A stretch of DNA of 64,000 bases from an uncultured Bacteroidota bacterium. Its GTDB lineage: Bacteria; Bacteroidota; Bacteroidia; Chitinophagales; Chitinophagaceae. The notes beneath the pieces were generated by a model. The model made no database searches. It saw only the letters and a list, made by a program, of their open reading frames with translations, and was not told where the DNA came from. The DNA is taken from assembly GCA_903903635.1 (NCBI GenBank), contig CAIUZK010000142.1, positions 11,037 through 75,036 on the forward strand, read 5' to 3'. Shown in pieces: positions 20,248 to 30,798 of this stretch. How positions within the stretch are numbered: position 1 is the first letter of the stretch; each line of letters begins with the position of its first letter. Both the position numbers and the translations under genes were made by a program.

Positions 20248-21237
20248 TTAACCTACGATCCCTAAATCCTGACTCATTTTCATCATACGATCGATAGGAA
20301 CCTTACTTTGTAACCGCAATTGTTCATCCATAATAATTTCAGGTAATTCATATTTCATACACAGGTACAATTTTTCGAGTGTATTTAACTTCATGTGAGG
20401 ACAATCGTTGCAAGCACACGAATTATCAGGAGGAGCAGCTATTAAAGTTTTACCTGGAGCATTAGCCTGCATTTTATGAAGTATTCCTGCTTCGGTGGCA
20501 ACTATATATACCAGAGCATCATCTGTTTGGGTATATTTTAACAATTGTGTTGTAGAACCAATAAAATCAGCAATATTCAATATTGCTTCTTCACATTCAG
20601 GATGGGCTATAATCTTAGCAAGGGGATGTCTGACTTTTAGTTTTGTGATCTTTTCTAAAGAAAATATCTCATGCACCATACAGGCACCATTCCAAAGTAC
20701 CATATTCCGGCCAGTTTTTTTATTTATATAGGATCCAAGGTTCTTATCGGGAGCAAAAATTATTTTCTGATCAGGAGGTAAACTATCAACAATTGCTTTA
20801 GCATTGGAAGAAGTACATATAATATCGCTTAAAGCCTTAATACCTGCTGAACAATTGATATAAGAAATAACAAGATGGTCGGGATGTTTGTCCTTAAAAG
20901 CTTTGAACAGACCCGGAGGACAACTATCACTCAGGCTACAACCTGCTTTCAGATCAGGTAAAACAACTTTCTTTTCCGGATTCAGAATTTTGGCTGTTTC
21001 GGCCATAAAATGTACGCCTGCGAAAACAATCATATCAGCAGTGGTACCGGCAGCTTTTTGAGCTAAACCAAGACTATCGCCTACATAATCAGCTACATCC
21101 TGAATATCAGGTTCCTGGTAATAATGAGCCAGAACAATGGCATTTTTTTCCTTTTTTAATTTATTTATCTCTTGAAATAAATCCAAAGAAGGATCGATCT
21201 CTATATTCAGAAAACCGTCCACATTAATATCTACCAT
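20248..21237 (-). CDS. nadA: Quinolinate synthase
   Basis: [42 protein letters not shown]. Confidence 0.98.
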   Translation of the reverse strand: MVDINVDGFLNIEIDPSLDLFQEINKLKKEKNAIVLAHYYQEPDIQDVADYVGDSLGLAQKAAGTTADMIVFAGVHFMAETAKILNPEKKVVLPDLKAGCSLSDSCPPGLFKAFKDKHPDHLVISYINCSAGIKALSDIICTSSNAKAIVDSLPPDQKIIFAPDKNLGSYINKKTGRNMVLWNGACMVHEIFSLEKITKLKVRHPLAKIIAHPECEEAILNIADFIGSTTQLLKYTQTDDALVYIVATEAGILHKMQANAPGKTLIAAPPDNSCACNDCPHMKLNTLEKLYLCMKYELPEIIMDEQLRLQSKVPIDRMMKMSQDLGIVG

Positions 21238-21339
21238 ATCAAATTGATGAATTGAGGCAAAATTAATGATTTACGATGAGGTAATACCAGAATAAACCTA
21301 CAACTCAATAAAACAATGCAACCTCTCTAAAAGCAAAAA

Positions 21340-21725
21340 TAATTTTTCCACGAGCGAGTTATCCCCGCTATTCACAATTCTATTAATAACCTTTAAAGTT
21401 TTAAAAAAATTTAACCACTACTATTAGGGCTGTGTATTTGGGGGAATTAAGGTAGTTATTCCTATAGGAAAATTGAAAAACCCACTTTATTCACATCACA
21501 TTGAAGGTTACCCACACTAAAAAACGACGGTTTTAAAGTAAACTAACATAAAAGCTGTGGATTGTGGATAGAAAACCATGTGGGTAAAAAAACGATCGTG
21601 GATATCGTAGTAAACTGTGGAAAACGAAAAAAATTATGGGATAACCAGCCTTCACCATTGTAGTTTATTTAGTTATGAGATTTAAGCACAAAAATATACA
21701 GTTATTTTCCACAGTTATCCACAAC
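21340..21725. other. Probable chromosomal replication origin (oriC)
   Basis: DnaA boxes: TTATCCACA 21715-21723, TTTTCCACA 21705-21713, TTATTCACA 21487-21495, TTACCCACA 21508-21516; reverse boxes at 21563-21571, 21579-21587, 21597-21605, 21616-21624. AT-rich tract 21376-21414, nearby parS and mnmG, and a strand-composition switch. Confidence 0.85.
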
Positions 21726-22282
21726 AAAAAATGCGAAAAAGGGATCTGTTTAATGGCTTTACACCGATGTGGCCTTATAAACAAAAAATATAATTATCTA
21801 TAGGCGGTTAATGAAGCTACAAAATAATTACTTTCAAGAAGAAACATAAGGAAAATCGGTTTGCTTTTTTGTTTCTTCTTGTACTTACAACCTGTAATAT
21901 ATAAGCAGGCATTGTGCATATTAATAGTACGAGGTTTATAACGGGAAACAAGTGCTGTACAGAAATATGGTATGCCATACCAACTGCTGATAAAGGGATA
22001 TTATTTGCAGGTGAGGTATATGGAAATCCAACCGGGAAACTGGCATATATTATATAGAGTGGAATGGCAACAGGGATGTGCGGAGAATGGGCCGGTTTGA
22101 AAAATTGTAAATGGAACGTAAACCCCCATACAAAGACGGCGTAAATAACTAAAAAAGGGCAAAAACAAATAACACGAAGTATTATATTTAATAAAATTGG
22201 GGATAAAAGGTGAATAACGTTACGAAATCACAAAATTTCCCATAAATTTGCCGTCCTTAATAAAAAACATAACAAACCTGAA

Positions 22283-24475
22283 ATGTCTGTAATTCAAACT
22301 ATCAGAAATAAGTACGGAAAAATAGCCGGAGGAGTGATTGCTGTCGCGCTGGTTGGCTTTATTGTATCTGACGCCCGTAATGGATCGTTTGCCAGTTTCT
22401 TTGGTGGCAAAGATACCAACGTAATGAAGATCAACGGCAACAAGATAGATCCTAAAGATTATCAGGTGCACCTGAAGGAATACGAAACATTGTATACAAT
22501 GTTTAATAAGGGTCGTCCGCTGGATGATGCTACCCGTGCGCAGATGAGCGAGCAGGTTGTGCAGATGATCGTTTATGAAAACATTGTAAATGAGCAGTGC
22601 GCGCGTTTGGGAATTGCTACTACCGAAGATGAAAAGAAAGGTCTGATATATGGCGAAAATGCAGACCCACTGGTAAAACAATTCCAGATTGAAGGGCAGC
22701 CTGTGTTTATGAATCAACAGACGAATTCTTTTGATCCGGGGATTATTAAAGAATTTGAAAAGCAACTCGCATCAGATCCGGGAAGGATAGATCCTACCGG
22801 AAAGGTAAGAGAGCAGTGGGAAATAGTAAAGTCTTATGTAAAGCGCATGAGCGACGTAAATAAGTACAATACGCTTTTCGGCGGATCGATGTATGTGCCC
22901 ATGTATATGGCCAAGCGCCTGGTAACCGACCAGAACTCAATGGCATCTCTGAAGTATGTGAAGGTTCCATTTACTTCTGTACCGGATAATGAAGTAAAGG
23001 TAACAGATGAGAATATCAAGGAGTACATGCAGAAGCATGCAGCCTCTTATCAGGTAGAGTTGCCAACCCGCAGCATAGAATACATTTCATTTGATATCGT
23101 ACCATCCCCGGCAGATACCAACAGGCAACTTGAAGCGCTGAATGAACTGAAGGCTGATTTTGCTGCAACCAAGGACAACAAGACTTTTGTGAACAACAAA
23201 TCAGACGAAGCGAACTCCTATAACGAAGCCTACCTGAACAAGAGGACTTTTATGTCGCGTTACGCTGATACCATCAATACTTTGCCTGTAGGCGCAATAT
23301 ATGGCCCATATTATGAGAATGGTGGTTATAAACTTTCGAAAGTAGTAGACAGGAAAACTTTACCAGATTCAGTAAAGTGCCGCCACATACTTGTAAGAAC
23401 ACAGTTCCAGGGTAAAGATATTATTTCGGACACCGCCGCACAAATGAAGTTGGACAGCGCAATAGCCGCACTGAAAAGCGGAGCGAAATTTGATTCTGTT
23501 GCAGCAAGATTTTCGGAAGATGATGGCAGCAAGAATAAAGGTGGCGAATATACATTTACCTTGCAGCAAAGGCCAACCATTTCGAAAGAGTTCGGTGATT
23601 TTATCTTCGAAGGAAAAGCAGGCGAAACAAAGCTGGTTAAGGTATCGAACGATAACTACCATGGTATTCACTATATAGAGATCATGGAACAGAAAGGAGT
23701 CGGTCCATCGGTGCAACTGGCAACTATTGTTAAGAACCTGGCGCCAAGCGACAGCACAGTGAATGCTATATATGGCAAGGCAAATGAATTTGCTGGTAAG
23801 AACCCAACAGGAGCAGAATTTGATGCCACAGTGAAAAAACTAAATCTGGATAAGCGCTTAGGAGACAATGTAAAAGTAACTTCGTTTACTATTCCCGGCG
23901 TAGGCCCTGCCCGTGAGGTAATCAGGTGGATTTTTGACCATAAGATCGGTGAAGTTTCAGGAGTATTCCAGTTGGGTGAGCAGCGTTATATAGTTGCCAA
24001 ACTTTCGAGCATAGATGAGAAAGGCCTTCAGGCAATAACAGCAGCCAACCGCCCGATGCTGGAGCAAAAGGTAAAGGATGAAATGAAAGCAGATCTCATC
24101 AGCAAAAAGTATGCATCAGGCGGTACTGTGGATGCAATCGCACAGGCAAGCGGTCAGGCAGTACAGCAGTCGGATTCAGCAACATTGGGTAATGGTGTAC
24201 CGGGCATAGGTTATGAGCCAAGACTTACTGGTTATATTTTCAATCAGGGTTTTCAGTTGAATACACTTTCACCTGGTATTAAGGGTAATGGCGGCGTATT
24301 CTTCATAACTGTACTCAACAGGAATATCAGCAAGATTGATGACAACATCATGAACATGATAGCTCCTCAGCAGCGCAGGTCGCAGGAAGGACAGTTGAGA
24401 AATGCCATGAACCAGCAACTGCAGCAGAGCGTGATAAAGACAGCAGATGTGAAATACAATGCAAGTAATTTTTAG
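22283..24475 (+). CDS. Peptidylprolyl isomerase, PpiD/SurA N-terminal domain protein
   Basis: MSVIQTIRNKY, one N-terminal TM, parvulin motif VKCRHILV...FSEDDGSKNKGGEY. Confidence 0.9.
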   Translation: MSVIQTIRNKYGKIAGGVIAVALVGFIVSDARNGSFASFFGGKDTNVMKINGNKIDPKDYQVHLKEYETLYTMFNKGRPLDDATRAQMSEQVVQMIVYENIVNEQCARLGIATTEDEKKGLIYGENADPLVKQFQIEGQPVFMNQQTNSFDPGIIKEFEKQLASDPGRIDPTGKVREQWEIVKSYVKRMSDVNKYNTLFGGSMYVPMYMAKRLVTDQNSMASLKYVKVPFTSVPDNEVKVTDENIKEYMQKHAASYQVELPTRSIEYISFDIVPSPADTNRQLEALNELKADFAATKDNKTFVNNKSDEANSYNEAYLNKRTFMSRYADTINTLPVGAIYGPYYENGGYKLSKVVDRKTLPDSVKCRHILVRTQFQGKDIISDTAAQMKLDSAIAALKSGAKFDSVAARFSEDDGSKNKGGEYTFTLQQRPTISKEFGDFIFEGKAGETKLVKVSNDNYHGIHYIEIMEQKGVGPSVQLATIVKNLAPSDSTVNAIYGKANEFAGKNPTGAEFDATVKKLNLDKRLGDNVKVTSFTIPGVGPAREVIRWIFDHKIGEVSGVFQLGEQRYIVAKLSSIDEKGLQAITAANRPMLEQKVKDEMKADLISKKYASGGTVDAIAQASGQAVQQSDSATLGNGVPGIGYEPRLTGYIFNQGFQLNTLSPGIKGNGGVFFITVLNRNISKIDDNIMNMIAPQQRRSQEGQLRNAMNQQLQQSVIKTADVKYNASNF

Positions 24476-24510
24476 TACCTGATAACCGGGTAATGAACAT
24501 ATTTTAATTG

Positions 24511-24549
24511 AAGAGGTTGTTTCAAATAATGAGACAACCTCTTTTTTTT
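24511..24549 (+). terminator. Rho-independent terminator
   Basis: AAGAGGTTGT(TTCAAATAATGAG)ACAACCTCTT followed by a T-run. Confidence 0.8.
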
Positions 24550-24610
24550 GTGATATTTCCATCATCTTTGTATCTTGGTAAGGATTATTATTATTAAGTA
24601 AAATTCAGTG

Positions 24611-25135
24611 ATGAGTGAGCGTATCATAACATTATTCGGCGAAGAAATAGTACCGGAACAGTTGAAAGCGGTAGGTAAAAGCCGGGCGAAGAAAAAGCCG
24701 GCAGAAGCGCCAGCCTCAACCTCTGAAGAAATAACCATAGCAGAACCTGAGCCCGAAGCCCCTATCGTGGAAGAGGTAAAAGAGGAGGAAACCCTCACAT
24801 TGCCTGATGACTGGCAAGGCGATAAGAAATATTATTCAATAGGCGAGGTTGCCAGGTTTTTTAATGTAAAAACCTCGCACATACGGTTCTGGACCAATGA
24901 ATTTAAACTCAAAGTCAGAACGACCAGAAAAGGGGACCGGCTGTACACACCCGAGCAGGTGAAGGAGCTAAGAACGATATATCATCTCGTTAAGGAGCGG
25001 GGCTTTACACTTACCGGCGCCAAGACAAAACTAAAAACGCAAAATAATATGGATGTGGCAACGATTGATCTGAAACAATCTTTGCTGCAATTGCGCAATA
25101 AGCTGATGACGATCAGAAACCAGCTCAACTCGTAA
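24611..25135 (+). CDS. MerR family HTH transcriptional regulator
   Basis: YYSIGEVARFFNVKTSHIRFWTNEF...RLYT...ERGFTLTGAK; acidic N-terminal extension. Confidence 0.9.
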   Translation: MSERIITLFGEEIVPEQLKAVGKSRAKKKPAEAPASTSEEITIAEPEPEAPIVEEVKEEETLTLPDDWQGDKKYYSIGEVARFFNVKTSHIRFWTNEFKLKVRTTRKGDRLYTPEQVKELRTIYHLVKERGFTLTGAKTKLKTQNNMDVATIDLKQSLLQLRNKLMTIRNQLNS

Positions 25136-25231
25136 TAACCACCACAAACCAATTTGATGTATTTGGGAATGTGCAGAAGGAAATGAATTCAATTTGGTAG
25201 CAGAGCGATATAAACTACATAAAAGAGGAAA

Positions 25232-25762
25232 ATGAGAGCAATATTGTTGGTACTGGCGGTAATGATAAATTTTAGTACAATGGCACAATGGACTTACAAA
25301 GTGACAACGGACTCACCTGATGGAGGAAAGATATTTAATGGCCTGGTAACTTTTGATGACCTGAAGCGGGAAAGTACTTTTGAGTGGATGACAAGCGGGA
25401 TGCAGAGCTATAAACCGGAAGACAAGTCGATGAGCCTGTTGAAATTTTACCTTAGGCAGTATGATATGGTGGTATTTCTGGGAACGTGGTGCGATGATTC
25501 GCATAACCTGATACCTAAGCTGGCCAAAGTATTGGAATTACTGGATTTTCCGCCCGCTAAGGTAACTATGTTTGGCGTGGACAGGGCCAAAACAACCACC
25601 GGAGGCGAACAAAAGAAATACCATATTACCAATGTGCCCACCATAATACTTTTTAAAGACGGGATTGAGACGGGTAGAATAACAGAAAATGTAAAGGTGT
25701 CGGTGGAGGGGGACTTGTCGGCGATATTGCAGGATGAAATGAACGGGCATGAGCCAAAGTAG
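25232..25762 (+). CDS. Exported thioredoxin-like protein
   Basis: Signal peptide; FLGTWCDDS single-Cys active-site variant; ITNVPTIILFKDG. Confidence 0.85.
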   Translation: MRAILLVLAVMINFSTMAQWTYKVTTDSPDGGKIFNGLVTFDDLKRESTFEWMTSGMQSYKPEDKSMSLLKFYLRQYDMVVFLGTWCDDSHNLIPKLAKVLELLDFPPAKVTMFGVDRAKTTTGGEQKKYHITNVPTIILFKDGIETGRITENVKVSVEGDLSAILQDEMNGHEPK

Positions 25763-25879
25763 GTGTATAGCTCCGCTAAAAAAAATTTTTTGTTATCATT
25801 TGTATTGCCCTTCTTGTTAGTTGTGAGGCAGAAAGAATAGGAATATGGCCAATTATTAACGCATAATTAATATTTAGAT

Positions 25880-25896
25880 TTGGCATAGAATTTGTG
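25880..25896 (+). promoter_or_regulatory. Possible sigma54 (-24/-12) promoter
   Basis: TTGGCATAGAATTTGTG resembles TGGCAC-N5-TTG and lies about 30 bp before the ATG. Confidence 0.45.
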
Positions 25897-25928
25897 GTAT
25901 ATGAAGCACATCATTTAAAACTTATCTT

Positions 25929-26600
25929 ATGAGGCACATAATGCTTTCTTTACTTGCCATTGCGATGATATTTTCGGCATGCATGAAAAAAAACAGCACA
26001 ATAATACCTGTTGATGCAGGGCTGAAATCAAACTTTAGTTATAAACCAGGGAGCTACTGGATCTATAAAGATTCGGTAAGCGGCGCAACAGATAGTGTAT
26101 ATGTGACTGCCAACCAGACCGAATATTACCTTGCCGGTGGTTGTGTAATAGAAAAGAATGCACCTGAGATAGAAGCAATTAATGTATTTCTGTCATTTGC
26201 AAAAACCAATTCATCAGATACCGAGCAATGGGCTTACCGGATGGTAGGTGATAAATTCTATCTGGGCATGTATAATAATTCAGATAAGGTAGAGTCAAGA
26301 GCGAGTTTTAACCTGTTCACCTGGCCCTTAGCCATAGGCCAATCGCAAAATTCAGGATGTGTACTTAATTTCGATAGTGGTGCGGTTACAGACATTATTC
26401 CTGTAGTATCGTTGGGTGGGCAATCTTTTGCCAATGCAGCCAGATCGGAACATTCGCAAAGGACATTTGATACCAGTAAGACCTACAATGATTGCTTTTA
26501 TGTAAATCAGTCGGCGGGAATTATTAAGGTGGTATTCGACCATCCTACCCTATCTGTTCACAGGGTATTGGAGCTGCAACGTTATCATCTGGTGCGATAA
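25929..26600 (+). CDS. Hypothetical lipoprotein
   Basis: Lipobox IFSAC; FSYKPGSYWIYKDS motif common in Bacteroidota lipoproteins. Confidence 0.75.
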   Translation: MRHIMLSLLAIAMIFSACMKKNSTIIPVDAGLKSNFSYKPGSYWIYKDSVSGATDSVYVTANQTEYYLAGGCVIEKNAPEIEAINVFLSFAKTNSSDTEQWAYRMVGDKFYLGMYNNSDKVESRASFNLFTWPLAIGQSQNSGCVLNFDSGAVTDIIPVVSLGGQSFANAARSEHSQRTFDTSKTYNDCFYVNQSAGIIKVVFDHPTLSVHRVLELQRYHLVR

Positions 26601-26682
26601 GTAAATGAAACATTGGGCCTTTGGTATAGTGTCAGCCGATGCAAAAGGAAAAGTTTGTATCTTACCATTTGATTGGTAAGAT

Positions 26683-27378
26683 ATGAAGCGTATCCTGCAT
26701 AAATTATTTTTGGGCAAGGCGGAGTATAACACACCGCAGAAAATATCGGCATACAGAGCTTATCAAACTAATCTCGTAAAGATCTGGAACAATGAAAAGC
26801 ACCACGATGTGGGATTTGAAAAGTTGCTCAGGCTTTTATTGGTAGGCATACAGCCGATTTTCCCAGGTATACATTTCAGAAATATAGTAGGCCGGTATGG
26901 AGTAACGAAGAGGAATGTAGCTATTGAGTTTTATGTGCTTTTTAAAACCATGCTGCCTTTATTCTTTTTATTTTCCGGCCTGTACCGATATCGTATTACA
27001 GTTGCAGTATCGAGCTATTTGCTGATTGAAACGATAGTATATGTAGCCTCTCTGATTTTTGTGTCGGATATCTTTGTAAAGCCTCGTTCCTACAGGCGGA
27101 ATATACTGATGCTGTTTCTGAATTACATGGAGATCGCGCTAAGTTTTGCAGTAGTATATGCAGGGCTGCACCTGCTGGGAAACCAGCCGGGTAGTGTAGC
27201 AGATTATATCTATTTCAGTATTGTTACCTCAACAACGATAGGTTTTGGAGATTTTCACCCGGTAAGCAGTCTCGGAAAAATGATTGTTTGTACGCAGGCA
27301 ATCGTAGTTGTGGCATTCATTGTATTGTTCCTCAACTTTTTCGGATCGAAAGTAGAGGCTTTGCATCAGGAAGAGTAG
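26683..27378 (+). CDS. Potassium channel family protein (Ion_trans_2)
   Basis: YIYFSIVTSTTIGFGDFHP pore/selectivity-filter motif between TM helices. Confidence 0.85.
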   Translation: MKRILHKLFLGKAEYNTPQKISAYRAYQTNLVKIWNNEKHHDVGFEKLLRLLLVGIQPIFPGIHFRNIVGRYGVTKRNVAIEFYVLFKTMLPLFFLFSGLYRYRITVAVSSYLLIETIVYVASLIFVSDIFVKPRSYRRNILMLFLNYMEIALSFAVVYAGLHLLGNQPGSVADYIYFSIVTSTTIGFGDFHPVSSLGKMIVCTQAIVVVAFIVLFLNFFGSKVEALHQEE

Positions 27379-27576
27379 ATTTTGAATTGATGGTTTACAA
27401 TTGGTGTAAAACAAGCCCAAAGCGGGTTAAAATTAATGGCTATTTGTTTGTTGAAGGACCCAAACTCAATATTTAATGGTGAATTATAAATAATATTGTT
27501 TCCTTAACAAACTTATTGAGGATTATCAAATATTTATTGTATCTTTGTTCTTTCTTAATCAATTTATTTAAACACA

Positions 27577-27768
27577 ATGCAAGAAGGAACAGTAAAATTT
27601 TTCAATGAAACAAAAGGATTTGGTTTCATTTCTCCATCAAACGGTGGACAAGACATCTTCGTACATGTATCAGGTCTTTTGGATGAAATCCGCGAGAACG
27701 ATAAGGTAAGTTTCGAAGTTCAAAATGGTAAAAAAGGTTTAAACGCTGCTAACGTTAGAGTTATCTAA
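27577..27768 (+). CDS. Cold-shock protein
   Basis: GTVKFFNETKGFGFI, DIFVHVS (RNP1/RNP2). Confidence 0.97.
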   Translation: MQEGTVKFFNETKGFGFISPSNGGQDIFVHVSGLLDEIRENDKVSFEVQNGKKGLNAANVRVI

Positions 27769-27796
27769 TTTTAAATATCGCTTAAAGATGATTGCC

Positions 27797-27824
27797 AAAA
27801 GCCCCGTAATTACGGGGCTTTTTT
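27797..27824 (+). terminator. Rho-independent terminator
   Basis: AAAAGCCCCGTAATTACGGGGCTTTT. Confidence 0.85.
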
Positions 27825-27969
27825 CATAAATAGCAGTAAAGGAAGGAGAAAATAATACAGGCTATCTTAAACTAAAGTTTTCGGGATTAAATATTATTGT
27901 TTATTTTGCGATGCTGTAACTAAAATAAATCGCAGGAATTATTACTTTTACCTTTAAGAAATTATTTTT

Positions 27970-28446
27970 ATGATGAACAATATGCTCAAAAAGATTCTTT
28001 TTGTATGCCTGATGGCATTACCAGCCGGAGCTTTCGCTCAACTCGGAATGGAAAGCAGGCCACCTAGTAATACGGAACCAATTAACAGGTATGAACTTCT
28101 GGATAAGACCTGGTACTTTGTAGCAACAAAATGTCCGGATAAGATTGGCGCTGAGACGCATTATATACATTATTCTATGACATTGAAGATGAGCCCAACC
28201 AATGCCAACAACATTAACTACGGTACTTATAAAAAATTTACCCGCGATATGAGTGAAAGCCCAAATGAAACCGGTAAATATTCGCTTACTACTGATGATG
28301 CAGGCAATGTGGTTCTTACTCTTAAAAAGGATAAGAGCAAAATGGTAGCTAAATACAATGTTCCATTTGTAGAAGCAAACCATCTTACACTCATCAGGAT
28401 TGATGAAGGTGACAAATGCAATATTGCTTATGCAATAGCTCCATAA
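27970..28446 (+). CDS. Hypothetical exported protein
   Basis: Signal peptide ending AGAFAQ; beta-rich lipocalin-like pattern. Confidence 0.7.
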   Translation: MMNNMLKKILFVCLMALPAGAFAQLGMESRPPSNTEPINRYELLDKTWYFVATKCPDKIGAETHYIHYSMTLKMSPTNANNINYGTYKKFTRDMSESPNETGKYSLTTDDAGNVVLTLKKDKSKMVAKYNVPFVEANHLTLIRIDEGDKCNIAYAIAP

Positions 28447-28469
28447 TAATAAAACAATTCAAAATAATT

Positions 28470-28494
28470 AAGCCCTGCATATTGCGGGGCTTTT
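28470..28494. terminator. Hairpin terminator between convergent genes
   Basis: AAGCCCTGCATATTGCGGGGCTTTT. Confidence 0.65.
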
Positions 28495-28587
28495 CAATTT
28501 CAGGTAGTTCAGGAACAGCCAATGGAGATTGTGAATGGCCAACAGGAAACAAAGTGATTGAAAAAGATGATAGCCAGGGTAATGAAC

Positions 28588-29535
28588 TTAACAATCAGCA
28601 TCTGCACAGGGCAATTCGGCTGATTCAAGTTCGATAGTGGCATGATGGATATTGTTGTGGAGCAATTCGTGTTTGATCTCGTGTACAAGTTTCATTTTTT
28701 CAGAGAAGCTCAGCGTTTCGCTGAGTACGAGATGAGTAGTAAGTGCATTCTGGGTGGTACTCATAGCCCATATATGTGTGTGATGAATACTTTCAACGCC
28801 TTTGAATTTATTGATGACTCCGGAAACGGTTTCCACATCAATGCTGTGCGGCACAGCATCTAATGACAAACGCAGACTGGCAGTAAGTAAAGACCATGTG
28901 CCCAGTAATATAACCAGCAAAACCACAATACTAACTGCCCCATCGAGCCAGTACCAGTTGGTGTACCGGATAATAATACCGGCGATAACAACGCCCAGCG
29001 ATACCATAGCATCGGTGAGCAGGTGCAGGTAAGCGCCTTTGGTATTAAGATCATGCTCTTTATTGCGGAAAAACAACAGGGCGGATCCCAGATTTATAAT
29101 GATACCAATAGCGGCCACAATAGCCACCGTGCCACCTTCTACCGGTTTAGGGTGAAACAGCCGGTTAACGGATTCGTAACCCAGCATGCCAATCGTAATC
29201 AATAAAACCACAGCATTGGTAAGGGCGGCAAGGATGGTTGTTTTTTTATAGCCATAGGTGTAGGCCATGCTCGGCTTTGTTTTTGCCAGGCGAAAAGCCA
29301 GCAGCGACAAAGCAAGGCTTGCCACATCGCCCAGATTATGCCCTGCATCCGACAACAGAGCCATAGAATGTGTGTAAAATCCGGCTATAACCTGGATGAT
29401 AACATAGGCGCCATTGAGTATAATGCCGAAAATGAAGGCTTTATTGGCAACATCGGCGGCAGTAACCTCGTGATGATGGTGAGGGTGGTCGCCATGACTG
29501 TGACCGTGTGTATGACTATGATCGTGAGTTTGCAT
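28588..29535 (-). CDS. Cation diffusion facilitator (CzcD/ZitB-like Zn/Co/Cd exporter)
   Basis: His-rich N-terminus; ALLSDAGHNLGD, AYLHLLTD, HHTHIWAMST. Confidence 0.95.
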   Translation of the reverse strand: MQTHDHSHTHGHSHGDHPHHHHEVTAADVANKAFIFGIILNGAYVIIQVIAGFYTHSMALLSDAGHNLGDVASLALSLLAFRLAKTKPSMAYTYGYKKTTILAALTNAVVLLITIGMLGYESVNRLFHPKPVEGGTVAIVAAIGIIINLGSALLFFRNKEHDLNTKGAYLHLLTDAMVSLGVVIAGIIIRYTNWYWLDGAVSIVVLLVILLGTWSLLTASLRLSLDAVPHSIDVETVSGVINKFKGVESIHHTHIWAMSTTQNALTTHLVLSETLSFSEKMKLVHEIKHELLHNNIHHATIELESAELPCADADC

Positions 29536-29588
29536 GAATCCGGAAAGCGGCTGCAAGCTACGAAAATTAAATTTTATGCATTTTCAGC

Positions 29589-30578
29589 CTAAACCCACCA
29601 ACCCGAATTATGCGCACCACTTACTTCTGTGGGCACTCCTGGTTCAGGCAGGAAAGGGGTGATCTGTTTTTTATCGGCAAAACCGAGGAAATGTTCCACC
29701 GGTTCGCGCCATGAATGGAGCGCAAGATTGAAAGTGCCCCAGTGAATAGGCATCATTACCTTTCCCCGCAGCGCTAGGTGGGCATTGGTGGCATGATCGG
29801 GTCCCATATGGATATCTGGCCAGCCTTCGCCATAAGTGCCAATTTCGAGCATTGTGAGGTCGAATGGACCATATTCGTCGCCAATATCTTTAAAGCCGGG
29901 AAACCAGCCTGAATCGGCGCCAAAGAATATGTTATGCTCAGGACCCTTAATAACCCAGGATGACCACAGGGTTTGATTGCGGTTGACAATGCCTCTGCCT
30001 GAAAAGTGACGTGCAGGGGTAGCGGTGATGGAAAGCCCAGGTACCGATGTTGCTGTATGACCCCAATCCAGTTGAGTGATTCTGTTTTTGTTTACTCCCC
30101 ATTTTTCAATAATAGGGCCCACACCTATGGAACAAAATATGGGGACATTGCCGGGAGCCAGCTTTTTGATAGTAGGATAATCGAGATGATCGTAGTGGTC
30201 GTGAGAAAGGATGATGGCATCCAGCTCTGGCAGATCCCTGAGCGGCAAAGGGGCAGGGAAAAAGCGCTTAGGTCCGGCAAAATTCACAAAAGAAGCCCTA
30301 TGGCCCCACACCGGATCGGTGAGGATACGTTTGCCATCAATTTCTATAAGCAAAGAAGAGTGACCCATCCATGTAATGCGTAGTCCTGTGGCAGGTGCGT
30401 TGTGATATATTTTAGCATCTGTATGGAAAGGTCCCAACGGGATTTTCGGCACCCTTTCATTTTTTGATGTCATCATTTGCCACAGTATCTTGGGCATGCC
30501 ACCTTCTATACTCTGGCTGGTAGGTATAGTGTTCTGATAGACTTTCCCTTGCTTTTTGGCTGGTTGTATTTTTGGCAT
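29589..30578 (-). CDS. MBL-fold metallo-hydrolase (NAPE-PLD/RomA-like)
   Basis: TWMGHSS, ILTDPVW, SHDHYDHLD, PARHFSGRG, PIHWGTF. Confidence 0.92.
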   Translation of the reverse strand: MPKIQPAKKQGKVYQNTIPTSQSIEGGMPKILWQMMTSKNERVPKIPLGPFHTDAKIYHNAPATGLRITWMGHSSLLIEIDGKRILTDPVWGHRASFVNFAGPKRFFPAPLPLRDLPELDAIILSHDHYDHLDYPTIKKLAPGNVPIFCSIGVGPIIEKWGVNKNRITQLDWGHTATSVPGLSITATPARHFSGRGIVNRNQTLWSSWVIKGPEHNIFFGADSGWFPGFKDIGDEYGPFDLTMLEIGTYGEGWPDIHMGPDHATNAHLALRGKVMMPIHWGTFNLALHSWREPVEHFLGFADKKQITPFLPEPGVPTEVSGAHNSGWWV

Positions 30579-30798
30579 TTACAGTGAATTATACTGCAAA
30601 GCAATACCATGGATAATAAATGGAACAGCTAAAATCGGTGAATGGGGGAAGCAGAATCGGTAAATGGGGGTAAAAGGAGAAATAGGCAGAAGGATGGCCT
30701 GCAATATTCATTTTCCTGAAATTTGAATATAAAACTAAACTTTAAGCTTCCCACTTTTGACTTTTAACTTAGTTTTGCACCCTTATTATAATTATACA

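Noticed and set aside
21726-22282. Possible ncRNA or riboswitch in the rest of the oriC gap
   Set aside because: No recognisable fold; only two degenerate DnaA-like boxes near 22198-22217 and a promoter box.
22220-22765. 181-aa antisense ORF and the many other shadow ORFs in the track
   Set aside because: They overlap well-supported genes on the opposite strand or in another frame and show no family motifs.
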